64,000 bases of DNA from Dehalococcoidales bacterium (GCA_034409565.1 DAOUMS010000022.1:116354-180353); one strand, 5' to 3'; positions 29,245-39,225 are shown, numbered from the stretch's first letter. Made by a program: numbers and translations. Notes: generated by a model from the letters alone, not told the origin.

Positions 29245-30090
29245 ATGGCCGAAAAAGCGATTTTATACGACGCAACACGGTGCACTGCCTGCCGGGGCTG
29301 TCAGGCTGCTTGCAAGCAGTGGAATGAGAATGACGAGTATATCCCCACGACGGAAAACGGCGTGCCGGTGAATAATCGGGGCAGCTATGAGAACCCACCC
29401 GACCTCAGTCCCTCAACCTGGCTGAAGATGGAGTTCCGGGAAGTTGACGCTGGAGGGCAGGTAAGGTGGCTTTTTACCCGCCGCGCCTGTATGCACTGCA
29501 CCGATGCCGGCTGCGTCAAGGTCTGCCCTTCCGGTGCCCTTTACCATCATGAACTGGGCTTCGTTGCCTACAATAAGGACATCTGCACCGGCTGCGGTTA
29601 CTGCATCGACGCCTGTCCTTTCAGCGTACCCCGTTCCGACCGCAACCTGATTACCGGCATTGCTAAAATGGACAAATGCACCCTCTGCACCACGCCAGGC
29701 CTGGACCGCATTGAAGAGGGCTGGGAACCGGCCTGTGTCAAGACCTGCCCCCCCAATGCCCTGCAATATGGTGACCGTGATGCTCTGCTGGCCGAGGGTA
29801 AAAAACGGGTTGAGGCGCTGGTGGCTAAAGGGTGGACCAATGCCAACCTGTACGGGGAAAAGGAACTGGGTGGCCTGCATGTCATGTACGTTCTCGACGA
29901 CCACCCCACAGTATACGGCCTGCCGGCAGCACCGGAGGTCTCAGGGTTAACCATCGCCTGGAAAGACGTAATCCAGCCGCTGGGCTGGGCGGTGGGTGGG
30001 GTGACACTGCTGGGACTGGGCCTGAACTATCTCGTCGCCCGGGCCACGGCCAATAAGGAAAAGGAGAAGGAAAATGCCGCAAGAAGTTGA
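29245..30090 (+). CDS. fdnH: Formate dehydrogenase iron-sulfur (beta) subunit with a C-terminal membrane anchor
   Basis: 281 aa. Four ferredoxin-type Cys clusters (CTACRGCQAAC, CMHCTDAGC, CTGCGYCIDAC, CTLC...ACVKTCP). C-terminal TM segment GWAVGGVTLLGLGLNYLV. Confidence 0.9.
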   Translation: MAEKAILYDATRCTACRGCQAACKQWNENDEYIPTTENGVPVNNRGSYENPPDLSPSTWLKMEFREVDAGGQVRWLFTRRACMHCTDAGCVKVCPSGALYHHELGFVAYNKDICTGCGYCIDACPFSVPRSDRNLITGIAKMDKCTLCTTPGLDRIEEGWEPACVKTCPPNALQYGDRDALLAEGKKRVEALVAKGWTNANLYGEKELGGLHVMYVLDDHPTVYGLPAAPEVSGLTIAWKDVIQPLGWAVGGVTLLGLGLNYLVARATANKEKEKENAARS

Positions 30091-30724
30091 AATGTATCGC
30101 AAACCGACGCGCATATTACACTGGGTGCACCTGGTTGCCTTCTGCGTCTTGTTTCTTACCGGTCTTGTCCTTTTCATCCCGCAATTAGGTGTTTTGGCCC
30201 AGGACAGCTGGACACGGGTTATTCATCGCATTGCTGCGGTTGTTTTTATCATCGCACCGCTCATCTACATTCCGCTGAACTGGAAATCAACCAAGGAGGG
30301 TGTCAAGCTGGCTTTCAGCTGGGGGGCCTATGATATCGGCTGGCTGAAAGCCGCCCCGCAGTACTATTTCCTCGGTGATGAGAGTGCCATGCCACCCCAG
30401 GGACGTATGAACACCGGCCAGAAACTATGGTGGTTGATAGTCCTTGTCTTCGGGCTAATCTTTATCATCACTGGTTTAGTAATGTGGTTCGGTAAAACAT
30501 CGGCACCACCGGCAGTTTTACTGTGGATGGTCTTTTTCCATGACGTTGCCTTTGCCGTAAGCATTCCGATGTTATTTGTTCACATCTATCTCGGCCTGCT
30601 ACACCCGATGATGAAAGAATCCTGGAAAGCCGTATACAAAGGAAAAGTATCGGTTGATTATGCCAAATCGCACCACGGCAAATGGTATGAGGAAGCCGCC
30701 AGAGGTAAAGAGGTGAAAAGCTAG
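30074..30724 (+). CDS. fdnI: Formate dehydrogenase cytochrome b (gamma) subunit
   Basis: 216 aa, four TM helices with conserved His residues (ILHWVH, VIHRI, FFHDVAF...FVHIYLGLLHP). AAGGAG Shine-Dalgarno upstream of the ATG at 30074. Confidence 0.85.
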   Translation: MPQEVEMYRKPTRILHWVHLVAFCVLFLTGLVLFIPQLGVLAQDSWTRVIHRIAAVVFIIAPLIYIPLNWKSTKEGVKLAFSWGAYDIGWLKAAPQYYFLGDESAMPPQGRMNTGQKLWWLIVLVFGLIFIITGLVMWFGKTSAPPAVLLWMVFFHDVAFAVSIPMLFVHIYLGLLHPMMKESWKAVYKGKVSVDYAKSHHGKWYEEAARGKEVKS

Positions 30725-31591
30725 TTGCCGGTGGAGACAGATGACATCATTCGCCACCTAGAGGCAAGGGAAAGAAAAGAGGGAACGCTTCCTCAGCTCC
30801 TGAAATTTTATCTAAGTTTGCTGCGCGTTCAGGCAAAAGTCGAGCAAAAGTTAGCCTCACGACTCGAACCAAGTTTAAGTCGTGAGGCTATTAATAAACG
30901 GCTCACAAACGGAACGCCCCTTGTCGCCTTTGATGAACTGGCGCTTGATTGGCCGAGGCTGCGCGAGACTTTCACCAAGGTCGCCGCCATCTTTGCCGGG
31001 TATCCGGGGCTTTTCGCCGGCTTTCCCCGGAAGCTGAGAGAGCCAGATGCCGGGCAACATCTCACCAAGAAAGTAATTCAGGCCTGGTTCAATAGCAAAA
31101 AATTACCCCCCACCCCCCTGGCCGATGATGCCAGTGAAAACATCCTGCTGGCCATAATCCAGGCCACGTTAAAACCTTTCCTGACAAGCCACGCCAGAAC
31201 CCTGATTGGCGCTGTTGACCAGGAACAGTGGCGCCGACCGTACTGCCCGGTTTGCGGTGGCAGCCCCGATTTTTCCTATCTGGATAAGGAACGGGGGTCA
31301 AGATGGCTGCTGTGCTCCCGGTGTGACACCGAATGGCTTTACCAGCGCTTGCGGTGTCCTTTCTGTGGTACTCAGGACCAGAAAGCGCTGACCTACTTCA
31401 CCGACGATAAAGGGCTTTACCGGCTCTACGTCTGTGATGATTGCCAGCATTATCTGAAGACAATTGACCTGCGGCAGACCGAGTCCGAGGTCTTGTTCCC
31501 ACTGGAACGTTTAATTACCCTGGACATTGACCGACAGGCCCTAGAAAAGGGATACCGGCCATACGATGCGGCTGGCGAGAAAGCAAAATAG
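30725..31591 (+). CDS. fdhE: Formate dehydrogenase accessory protein FdhE
   Basis: 288 aa. Rubredoxin-like Cys pairs CPVCGG...CSRCDTEW...CPFCG...CDDCQHYLK. The TTG start is directly after the fdnI stop. Confidence 0.85.
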   Translation: MPVETDDIIRHLEARERKEGTLPQLLKFYLSLLRVQAKVEQKLASRLEPSLSREAINKRLTNGTPLVAFDELALDWPRLRETFTKVAAIFAGYPGLFAGFPRKLREPDAGQHLTKKVIQAWFNSKKLPPTPLADDASENILLAIIQATLKPFLTSHARTLIGAVDQEQWRRPYCPVCGGSPDFSYLDKERGSRWLLCSRCDTEWLYQRLRCPFCGTQDQKALTYFTDDKGLYRLYVCDDCQHYLKTIDLRQTESEVLFPLERLITLDIDRQALEKGYRPYDAAGEKAK

Positions 31592-31631
31592 AGTTAGCGT
31601 AAAATACCTTTACCAGCCTACTTATAACTGA

Positions 31632-31660
31632 TTGACACCCCCATACCATAATGGTAATCT
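31632..31660 (+). promoter_or_regulatory. Sigma-70-like promoter (TTGACA-17-TAATCT) upstream of guaA
   Basis: Read directly from the sequence. The -10 ends only 12 nt before the annotated guaA ATG. Confidence 0.4.
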
Positions 31661-31672
31661 TTTTTCTATAAA

Positions 31673-33358
31673 ATGGTGAAGAGGAAAGCAAAACCAGCTA
31701 CAGACAGGGGCCTCCGCATCGCCACGACCGGTGACATTGAAGTCTCCACCTATCTGGAAATTGCCAAGAAGATAGGCGGAGAGCAGCCGGCGGCAACCGA
31801 GGAAGCGGTCTCCGGAGCGGAACGCGAGGCAATCATTGTTGTTGATTTTGGTTCCCAGTACAGTATGCTCATCGCCCGCCGCGTGCGAGAGTGCCAGGTT
31901 TACTGCGAACTGATACCCCATGACGCCCCCTGGGAAAAAATTGCCCCGCTCAATCCCCGGGGCTTTATTCTTTCCGGCGGCCCAAAGAGCGTTTATGACG
32001 ATAACGCGCCACTGGCGCCATCCTACATCTATGAACGCCATTTGCCCATACTTGGCATCTGTTACGGGATGGGAGTTATCGCCAAACAGCTTGGCGGCGT
32101 AGTGGCCCCCGGTACCAAACGAGAGTACGGGCACGCTATCCTGCACCTGAGCAGTCTTGACTCTCCCCTGTTCGCCGATTTGCCCGAGTCCACGCCGGTC
32201 TGGATGAGCCACGGCGATAAAATTGAGGAGATGCCGCCCGGTTTCAAAGCCATCGCCTACACGGAAAACTCGCCGGTGGCCGTCATGGGTAATGGCGATG
32301 GCATCTTCGGTCTCCAGTTCCACCCCGAGGTTGTCCACACGCCGGAAGGCAAGACGATACTGCGCAATTTTGTCTACCGGGTGTGCGGCTGCAAGGGGAA
32401 CTGGACCATGGGCAGCTTCATCAATGATAGCATCGCCAGAATCAAAGAGAATGTGGGGGACGGCAAAGTCATCTGCGCGCTCTCTGGAGGAGTTGACTCG
32501 GCCGTGGTCGCCACGCTCATCCACCGCGCCATCGGCGACCAGCTTACCTGCATCTTTGTCAATAACGGGCTGCTACGCCGCGAAGAAGTGGAAAGAACAC
32601 TCAAGGTATTCCAGCAGAACCTGGGCATGAATATCCAGTACGTTGACGCCAGCAAGCGGTTCCTCGCCCGACTGAAAGGCGTCATCGACCCGGAGATGAA
32701 ACGCAAGGCCATCGGCGAGGAGTTCATCCACATCTTCGAGGAAGAGGCACGCAAGGCGGGCAAGGTCGACTTCCTCGCCCAGGGGACTCTTTATCCAGAT
32801 GTTATCGAGAGCATATCCTCGGTGAGCAACGTCTCCGCCAAAATAAAGACCCATCACAACGTCGGCGGCCTGCCCGCTCGGATGACGCTGAAACTCCTCG
32901 AGCCGCTGCGCTACCTCTTTAAAGATGAGGTGCGCCTGGTCGGGCTGGAGCTTGGCCTGCCCGAAGAGATGGTCTGGCGGCAGCCCTTCCCCGGCCCCGG
33001 GCTGGCCATACGCATCATCGGTGAAGTGACCAAAGAAAAATTGGAGGTCCTGCGCAGTGCCGACTTCATTGTCATGAATGAAATCAAGAAAGCCAAGCTT
33101 TACCGCCAGCTCTGGCAGAGTTTTGCCATCCTGCCCGATATTCACAGCGTGGGCGTGATGGGCGATTACCGGACCTACGGCCACGTGATTGCCATCCGCG
33201 CCGTGACCAGCGAAGATGCTATGACCGCGGACTGGGCACGTATGCCCTACGATGTCCTATCGCGGATGTCAAATCGCATTGTCAACGAAGTGCCCGAGGT
33301 AAACCGCGTCGTCTTCGATATCACCTCCAAACCACCCTCAACCATAGAGTGGGAGTGA
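31673..33358 (+). CDS. guaA: GMP synthase (glutamine-hydrolysing)
   Basis: [20 protein letters not shown] ... GICYG (GATase), SGGVDS (PP-loop) and the C-terminal dimerisation domain ending PPSTIEWE. The first ~50 aa are a non-homologous-looking extension, so the true start is uncertain. Confidence 0.9.
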   Translation: MVKRKAKPATDRGLRIATTGDIEVSTYLEIAKKIGGEQPAATEEAVSGAEREAIIVVDFGSQYSMLIARRVRECQVYCELIPHDAPWEKIAPLNPRGFILSGGPKSVYDDNAPLAPSYIYERHLPILGICYGMGVIAKQLGGVVAPGTKREYGHAILHLSSLDSPLFADLPESTPVWMSHGDKIEEMPPGFKAIAYTENSPVAVMGNGDGIFGLQFHPEVVHTPEGKTILRNFVYRVCGCKGNWTMGSFINDSIARIKENVGDGKVICALSGGVDSAVVATLIHRAIGDQLTCIFVNNGLLRREEVERTLKVFQQNLGMNIQYVDASKRFLARLKGVIDPEMKRKAIGEEFIHIFEEEARKAGKVDFLAQGTLYPDVIESISSVSNVSAKIKTHHNVGGLPARMTLKLLEPLRYLFKDEVRLVGLELGLPEEMVWRQPFPGPGLAIRIIGEVTKEKLEVLRSADFIVMNEIKKAKLYRQLWQSFAILPDIHSVGVMGDYRTYGHVIAIRAVTSEDAMTADWARMPYDVLSRMSNRIVNEVPEVNRVVFDITSKPPSTIEWE

Positions 33359-33379
33359 GGATACAAAGAGCTTCTCATA

Positions 33380-34588
33380 ATGTATAAGACACGGATTATC
33401 GGAATTCTGCTGATAACCATGCTGCTTGTTCTCGTGGCATGTACCCCCGAGCTAGCATCGGCTCCGGCTCCACCACCCGCACCTGCTCCTGCCCCAGCTC
33501 CCGCCCCTACGCCAGCCCCAACGCCTACACCTGCACCTGCCCCCCCACCGGTACCAGCCCCCACGCCAACTTCTCCCGCACCAGAAGAAACAGAGGAAAA
33601 GCCTGAACCTGCCGCGGAATTGGTAGAACTTCAATATGACGATGGCACAAGTAACGGGAATTGCGGTTCAGGGTATCAAGGATTTCTAACTCATTTTGCG
33701 CCACCCGTTACACCGTTCGTAATTAATGAGGTGAAGATATTCACCAGCCTACAGGGGACGGGATATGAGGGCCAGGAGCCCAGGGTTGAAATCTGGAATA
33801 AAGATTTTGCCCTGCTGCATTCCTGGCAGGAGTCTGCTGCCAGATTCAGTAAAGACCCGGGTTGGGCCACGGTGGAAATACCCAGCGTAACGGTAGACAA
33901 CGATTTTTACGTTGTTTTTTACACAAATTCTAAAAGAGAGGGCGGTGTCTACATACATCTGGATTCGAGCGTGGTGAATGAACATTCCGAAATGGTTGCC
34001 GATGGTGAAGTCACCGAATGGCCCTGGCAACAAATCCCGAAAGATAAGACCAACTGGATGATAAGAGTGACAGGAACCCGTACTGAGGAAAGTGTCGTTA
34101 TCACTCTTCCACCTCCCGAAATAAAAATGGAGGCCAGTGCCGACTTTCTGGAAACCGTCAACTCACTGGACGACCCGCAAAAGCTATCCCGCTGGCTGCA
34201 GGATAATATTCAGTATGAATCGCACTACGAAATATGGAAGGAAACAGGGGTTAACTACATCGCTACTCCGGAGGAAATTTTTGAAAACAAGGCCGGGTGC
34301 TGTGCCGAATTTGCCGTATTCGCCTGCTATGTCCTCCAACATCATGGCCAAGAGGCAAAAATACTCAGGATTGCTGTGGAATCGGACATGAGCAAAAACC
34401 ATGGGGTATGCGTTTATCCGTCATCTGGTTCACTTTATATTATGAATGTCGGCAGAATCGAAGGCCCCTTCCAAACCTATGAGGATATTGCTCTCGACCA
34501 TCATGAAGATTGGTCTGAATACGGCTTGTATAATTCCTGGGAGACTTACCAGCAGCTTAAAAAACCGGATGAGATTGTTTACAGATAA
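33380..34588 (+). CDS. Lipoprotein with a Pro/Ala/Thr-rich linker and a C-terminal transglutaminase-like cysteine-protease fold
   Basis: 402 aa. Lipobox LVLVAC. Roughly 45-aa (AP/TP)n linker. The C-terminal KAGCCAEFAVFACYVLQHHG resembles the transglutaminase-core G-x-C-x-x-F-A motif. Confidence 0.6.
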   Translation: MYKTRIIGILLITMLLVLVACTPELASAPAPPPAPAPAPAPAPTPAPTPTPAPAPPPVPAPTPTSPAPEETEEKPEPAAELVELQYDDGTSNGNCGSGYQGFLTHFAPPVTPFVINEVKIFTSLQGTGYEGQEPRVEIWNKDFALLHSWQESAARFSKDPGWATVEIPSVTVDNDFYVVFYTNSKREGGVYIHLDSSVVNEHSEMVADGEVTEWPWQQIPKDKTNWMIRVTGTRTEESVVITLPPPEIKMEASADFLETVNSLDDPQKLSRWLQDNIQYESHYEIWKETGVNYIATPEEIFENKAGCCAEFAVFACYVLQHHGQEAKILRIAVESDMSKNHGVCVYPSSGSLYIMNVGRIEGPFQTYEDIALDHHEDWSEYGLYNSWETYQQLKKPDEIVYR

Positions 34589-34629
34589 TGAGATATAAAG
34601 GGGGACGAAGCCTGAGGGGGGTGAGGTAG

Positions 34630-35895
34630 ATAAAGGTATTAGTCATCGGCAGTGGGGCACGGGAGCACACGCTGGTCTGGAAACTGGAACAAAGCCCAAA
34701 AATAACGGAGCTTTTCGCTGCGCCGGGAAACGCCGGTACGGCCCAGCAGGCCCATAACCTCTCCATAAGCCCCACCGACATTGCCTCGCTGATTAAAGCC
34801 GCCAAAGATAACCGGATTGACCTCACTGTCGTCGGGCCGGAGGCACCGCTGGCGGCGGGCATCGTGGACGAATTTGATAAAAAAGGCCTGCCCATCTTTG
34901 GCCCCACCCGAACCGCCGCCCAGATTGAGGCCAGCAAGGTGTTCGCCAAGCAGCTGATGCAGAAATACAAACTTCCCTGTGCCCGTAGCGCCAGCTTTAC
35001 CGACTATGCCCAGGCAAAAGAATACGTCAAAAAACAAACGCCACCGGTGGTCATCAAGGCTGATGGACTGGCGGCGGGAAAGGGCGTGGTCGTGGCCGGG
35101 TCAACCGGGCAGGCTCTCGACGCTCTGGCCAGCTTTATGGAAGCGAAAACACTGGGCGTAGCCGGCGAGCAGGTAATAGTTGAAGAGCACCTTTCCGGCC
35201 GGGAAATGAGTGCCTTCGCCTTCACCGATGGCACGGCAGTTATCCCCATGGTGCCCGCCTGCGATTATAAACGTATCTTTGACGCCGACTGCGGGCCCAA
35301 CACCGGCGGTATGGGCAGTTACAGTCCGCCCTACTTCCTCAACTCACAACTTGAAACGTCCGTCCGGGAGACCATCATGGAGCCGGCGGTAAAAGCCATG
35401 CGCCAGGAGGGCCGGCCCTATAGAGGTGTAATTTATGGCGGTCTGATGATTACCAATAATGGCCCAAAAGTGCTAGAATTTAATGCCCGGTTCGGCGACC
35501 CGGAAACGCAGGTGGTGCTGCCCATGCTGAAAACAGACCTGCTGGATATTATCATGGCCGTCGTTGATAATAGACTTGACCAGATTGAGGTACAGTGGCG
35601 CGAGGCGGCCTGCGTTGGCGTGGTGATGGCCTCGGCCGGATACCCGGGTAACTACCAGACCGGCTTCCCCATCTCTGGACTGAATGAGGTTGATAGAGAT
35701 ATAATGGTATTTCATGCTGGCACCAGAGAAGGGGCGGCGCCGGGTGAGGTGGTGACCGGCGGCGGCAGAGTCCTGACCGTGGTGGCCACCGGCAAAGACC
35801 TCACTGAGGCCAGGGAGAAGGTATATAATAATATCGCGCGGATACATTTTGAAGGCGGTCAGTACCGCCGGGACATCGCCGATATAAAAGAGTAA
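34630..35895 (+). CDS. purD: Phosphoribosylamine-glycine ligase
   Basis: The track ORF starts at GTG 34864, but homology by eye extends upstream: (ATA)-KVLVIGSGAREHTLVWKLEQSP...FAAPGNAGT is the canonical PurD N-terminus MKVLVIGSGGREHAL. An in-frame stop lies at 34627. No ATG, GTG or TTG occurs between 34630 and 34863. Confidence 0.85.
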   Translation: MKVLVIGSGAREHTLVWKLEQSPKITELFAAPGNAGTAQQAHNLSISPTDIASLIKAAKDNRIDLTVVGPEAPLAAGIVDEFDKKGLPIFGPTRTAAQIEASKVFAKQLMQKYKLPCARSASFTDYAQAKEYVKKQTPPVVIKADGLAAGKGVVVAGSTGQALDALASFMEAKTLGVAGEQVIVEEHLSGREMSAFAFTDGTAVIPMVPACDYKRIFDADCGPNTGGMGSYSPPYFLNSQLETSVRETIMEPAVKAMRQEGRPYRGVIYGGLMITNNGPKVLEFNARFGDPETQVVLPMLKTDLLDIIMAVVDNRLDQIEVQWREAACVGVVMASAGYPGNYQTGFPISGLNEVDRDIMVFHAGTREGAAPGEVVTGGGRVLTVVATGKDLTEAREKVYNNIARIHFEGGQYRRDIADIKE

Positions 35896-35915
35896 AAAGG
35901 GGTGAGGTAAATAAT

Positions 35916-36386
35916 ATGCCTTTAGTTGGCATGGTCATGGGTTCCAGGTCAGACACAGCCGCCCTCAAACCGGCTCTGGAGATACTGGCACAGCTTGGTA
36001 TTGACCACGAGGTCAATGTTATTTCGGCGCACCGTACTCCGGAGAAAGCCCGCCAGTACGGCATGACCGCCCATGAGCGCGGCATTGAAGTTATCATCGC
36101 CGCCGCCGGAGGCGCCGCCCACCTGCCCGGTGTCCTGGCCAGCTGGTCTACCCTGCCGGTTATCGGCGTACCGCTCGCCTCCGGTGAACTGAAAGGCGTT
36201 GATGCCCTCTACTCAATTGTCCAGATGCCGGCGGGGATACCGGTCGCCTGTGTGGCCGTTGGCACTGCTGGCGTCAAGAATGCCGCCTATCTGGCCGCCG
36301 AAATTCTGGGTATCAAACATGAGAGTATCAGCCAGGCTTACGCCAAATACCGGCGCGAACTGCAAGGAGAAAAGGACCAACCATGA
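35916..36386 (+). CDS. purE: 5-(carboxyamino)imidazole ribonucleotide mutase
   Basis: 156 aa. VGMVMGSRSD ... ISAHRTP ... AGGAAHLPGV. Confidence 0.9.
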   Translation: MPLVGMVMGSRSDTAALKPALEILAQLGIDHEVNVISAHRTPEKARQYGMTAHERGIEVIIAAAGGAAHLPGVLASWSTLPVIGVPLASGELKGVDALYSIVQMPAGIPVACVAVGTAGVKNAAYLAAEILGIKHESISQAYAKYRRELQGEKDQP

Positions 36387-36452
36387 GTGCTACCAATACA
36401 ATCCAGGCTCGCCGGTTCACTTGGGGAACCGACGAGCCAAGAGGGCAAAAAG

Positions 36453-37802
36453 ATGATTGAACGCTATTCCCGCCCCAGGATGAAACGGGTGTGGTCAGAG
36501 GAAAACAAGTTCAACAAGTGGCTGGAAGTGGAGATTGCCGTCTGCGATGCCTGGGCAGAGATTGGCGTCGTGCCCCGCGAGGCTATCACCAAAATCAAGC
36601 TGGCCAAGTGCAACCTGAAGCGCATGGAAGAGATTCTCTCGGAAACCCGCCACGATATGACCGCGTTCCTTGGTTCGGTGGCGGAGAGCCTGGGCGAGGA
36701 ATCGCGCTTTATCCACCTCGGACTGACCTCATCAGACGTCATGGACACGGCGCTCAGCCTGCAACTGGTGGAGGCCACCGAACTGCTTACCGAAGATGTG
36801 AAAGAACTCATCGCAGTGCTGGCACACAAGGCCATGGAGCATAAATATACCCCCATGATCGGGCGCACCCATGGCATTCATGCCGAGCCGATTACCTTTG
36901 GCCTGAAGCTCTCGATATGGGTGGAAGAGATGAGGCGCAACCTGCAGCGCCTCGGCGAGGCCAAAAAAGCCATCGCCGTGGGCAAGATATCCGGCGCGGT
37001 CGGCACCTATGCCACTGTCCCGCCAGGAGTGGAACAGCGGGCCTGCCGCAAACTTGGTCTGCTCCCGGCACCGGTATCAAACCAGATATTGCAGCGCGAC
37101 CGCCATGCCCAGTTTATGACCACACTGGCGCTCATCGCCAGCTCAATGGAAAAATTCGCCACCGAGATAAGAGGACTCCAGAGAACAGAGGTCGGCGAAG
37201 TGGGTGAGCCTTTCGGCACCGGCCAGACCGGTTCCTCGGCCATGCCCCACAAGCGCAATCCGGAACTCTGCGAGCGTATCAGCGGCCTGGCCCGGCTGGT
37301 CAGGGGCTATGCCCTGACCGCCATGGAAAACATCGCCCTCTGGCACGAGCGTGATATCAGCCACTCCTCCACCGAACGTGTTATCCTGCCCGATGCCTGC
37401 CTGCTGGTTGATTACTGCCTGTCCCTATTGGCCTCCATAATCAAGGGGATGCAGGTTTTCCCGCAACGCATGAAAAAGAACATGGAACTCACCAAAGGCC
37501 TTGTCTTCTCCCAGCGGGTGATGCTGGCGCTCATTGACAAAGGCCTTTCCCGACAGAAAGCGTATGAGCTGGTGCAGCGTAACGCGATGAAGTCATGGAA
37601 GGGAAACAAAGACTTCCTCAATCTGCTAAAAGCCGACCCTGAGGTCGTAGAGACTCTGCCTCAGCCAGAACTTGAATCCCTGTTTGACTACCAGTACTAC
37701 CTGAGGCACGTTGATGAAATCTTTGAGCGATTGGGGTTAACCAAAGCGCAGTGGAAAAGCGCCATAGCGGAACCAACCAACCTGGGGCCAATGTCCCTCT
37801 AA
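36453..37802 (+). CDS. purB: Adenylosuccinate lyase
   Basis: MIERYSRPRMKRVWSEENKF... N-terminus and the SSAMPHKRNP signature. I set the start at the internal ATG after GAGGG. Confidence 0.9.
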   Translation: MIERYSRPRMKRVWSEENKFNKWLEVEIAVCDAWAEIGVVPREAITKIKLAKCNLKRMEEILSETRHDMTAFLGSVAESLGEESRFIHLGLTSSDVMDTALSLQLVEATELLTEDVKELIAVLAHKAMEHKYTPMIGRTHGIHAEPITFGLKLSIWVEEMRRNLQRLGEAKKAIAVGKISGAVGTYATVPPGVEQRACRKLGLLPAPVSNQILQRDRHAQFMTTLALIASSMEKFATEIRGLQRTEVGEVGEPFGTGQTGSSAMPHKRNPELCERISGLARLVRGYALTAMENIALWHERDISHSSTERVILPDACLLVDYCLSLLASIIKGMQVFPQRMKKNMELTKGLVFSQRVMLALIDKGLSRQKAYELVQRNAMKSWKGNKDFLNLLKADPEVVETLPQPELESLFDYQYYLRHVDEIFERLGLTKAQWKSAIAEPTNLGPMSL

Positions 37803-37825
37803 TACGTATCGGAAGAGGTTGAGGC

Positions 37826-38281
37826 ATGATGCCGGATAAAGAACCAACAGACGAGCTCCGTCGGGTGGCCATGACGCTGGACAACGCCATCGAAAATAGA
37901 AGACTGGACGCGGTCTTACCCTGCTTTGCCGACGACTGTGAAATCGAACTGCTGCGCCACAGCCTCTATGGAAAAGCCGGTGTGGAAAAATGGTTTGACT
38001 GGCTGTTCAAGAACATCAGGCAGATCAAGTTTCAACCCGTCAAAATCATGGTGGAGGGTAACATTCTGTTCGAGGAATTCATCCTCCGGGCACGACTGCA
38101 AAGCGGACCGGAGATAAAGTCAAAACAGGCCGAAGTCCTCGTCTTTGAGAACGATAAAATTAAAAGCCTGCGCCTCTACTTCGACAGGCTCGACTTTGCC
38201 GATACGGTAGCCAGAGACCCGGTAAGCAAAGCCGTGGTGAGCCGGGTCATCAAGAAGTCACTTGAGGGCCTGACCGATTAA
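37826..38281 (+). CDS. NTF2/SnoaL-like fold protein
   Basis: 151 aa. The pattern (LDAVLPCFADDCEIELL ... ILFEEFILRARL) fits ketosteroid-isomerase-like small proteins. Low certainty. Confidence 0.45.
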   Translation: MMPDKEPTDELRRVAMTLDNAIENRRLDAVLPCFADDCEIELLRHSLYGKAGVEKWFDWLFKNIRQIKFQPVKIMVEGNILFEEFILRARLQSGPEIKSKQAEVLVFENDKIKSLRLYFDRLDFADTVARDPVSKAVVSRVIKKSLEGLTD

Positions 38282-38307
38282 ACTCGAAATATTCAGGAGA
38301 TTAGACT

Positions 38308-39225
38308 ATGGCAAATGATTCATCATTGCTTAAAGAAGCAGACCTCCCCTTGCCACTATTTATCAGGGGCAAGGTGCGTGATACTTACGACCTGGGCAAT
38401 CACCTGCTTATCATCGCCACCGACCGCATCTCCGCCTTTGATTTTGTCCTGCCAAGTGCTATTCCACACAAGGGCTTCGTCCTGAACCAGCTGTCCGTTT
38501 TCTGGTTCCGGCAGACAGCCGAAATCATGGCCAACCATCTGGTGGAGGCGATTGAAGATATACACAGCCTGGACACGTACCTGCCCGCGGAAGACCGCTT
38601 CCCCTACCCTGCCTATCTAATCGGACGCTCCATGGTGGTGAAAAAAGTAAAGCGCCTTCCGATTGAATGCGTCGTGCGCGGCTATCTGGCCGGCTCCGGC
38701 TGGGCGGAATACCAGCAATGTGGCAAAGTGGCCGGTTTCTCATTGCCTCGGGGGCTTAAGGAAAGCCAGAGGCTACCGGAGCCGTTGTTCACCCCGACGA
38801 CCAAGGCAGAAACCGGACATGACCTGCCCATCACCATGGAGGAAATCATTAAGCTGGTGGGCGAAAAAAAGGCCGGGGAAATAGAAGCGAAAAGCATCGC
38901 CATTTACAATTACGCGCGGGAATACGCCGCCAGACGGGGCATAATCATCGCTGATACCAAGATGGAGTTCGGCCTTGAAGAAGACCGCCTCATTCTGATT
39001 GACGAACTGCTGACACCTGATTCATCGCGGATATGGGACGCTGCACTGTACCAGGTAGGTCAGGCGCAGCCCAGCTATGACAAACAGCCACTCCGCGACT
39101 GGCTGGTGGCTTCGGGATGGGACAAAGAGCCACCGGCACCACCACTGCCCCCCGATGTTGCGGTCGCAACGTCCCACCAGTACATCCAGGCCTACGAGAG
39201 AATCACCGGCCGGGTACTCAAATAG
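38308..39225 (+). CDS. purC: Phosphoribosylaminoimidazole-succinocarboxamide synthase
   Basis: 305 aa. GKVRDTYDLGNHLLIIATDRISAFD and LIDELLTPDSSRIW motifs. Confidence 0.9.
   Translation: MANDSSLLKEADLPLPLFIRGKVRDTYDLGNHLLIIATDRISAFDFVLPSAIPHKGFVLNQLSVFWFRQTAEIMANHLVEAIEDIHSLDTYLPAEDRFPYPAYLIGRSMVVKKVKRLPIECVVRGYLAGSGWAEYQQCGKVAGFSLPRGLKESQRLPEPLFTPTTKAETGHDLPITMEEIIKLVGEKKAGEIEAKSIAIYNYAREYAARRGIIIADTKMEFGLEEDRLILIDELLTPDSSRIWDAALYQVGQAQPSYDKQPLRDWLVASGWDKEPPAPPLPPDVAVATSHQYIQAYERITGRVLK

Noticed and set aside
31622-32524. 300-aa minus-strand ORF
   Set aside because: It is entirely antisense to guaA, which has unmistakable GATase and PP-loop motifs. Its composition is Arg/Gly/Ala/His-rich, typical of antisense frames in high-G+C coding DNA, and it has no motif.
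33455-33590. Tandem repeat or CRISPR-like periodicity in the GC-rich tract
   Set aside because: It is an imperfect codon-level (GCN-CCN)n low-complexity tract inside a continuous ORF encoding an Ala/Thr-Pro linker. It has no spacers and no repeat-unit structure.
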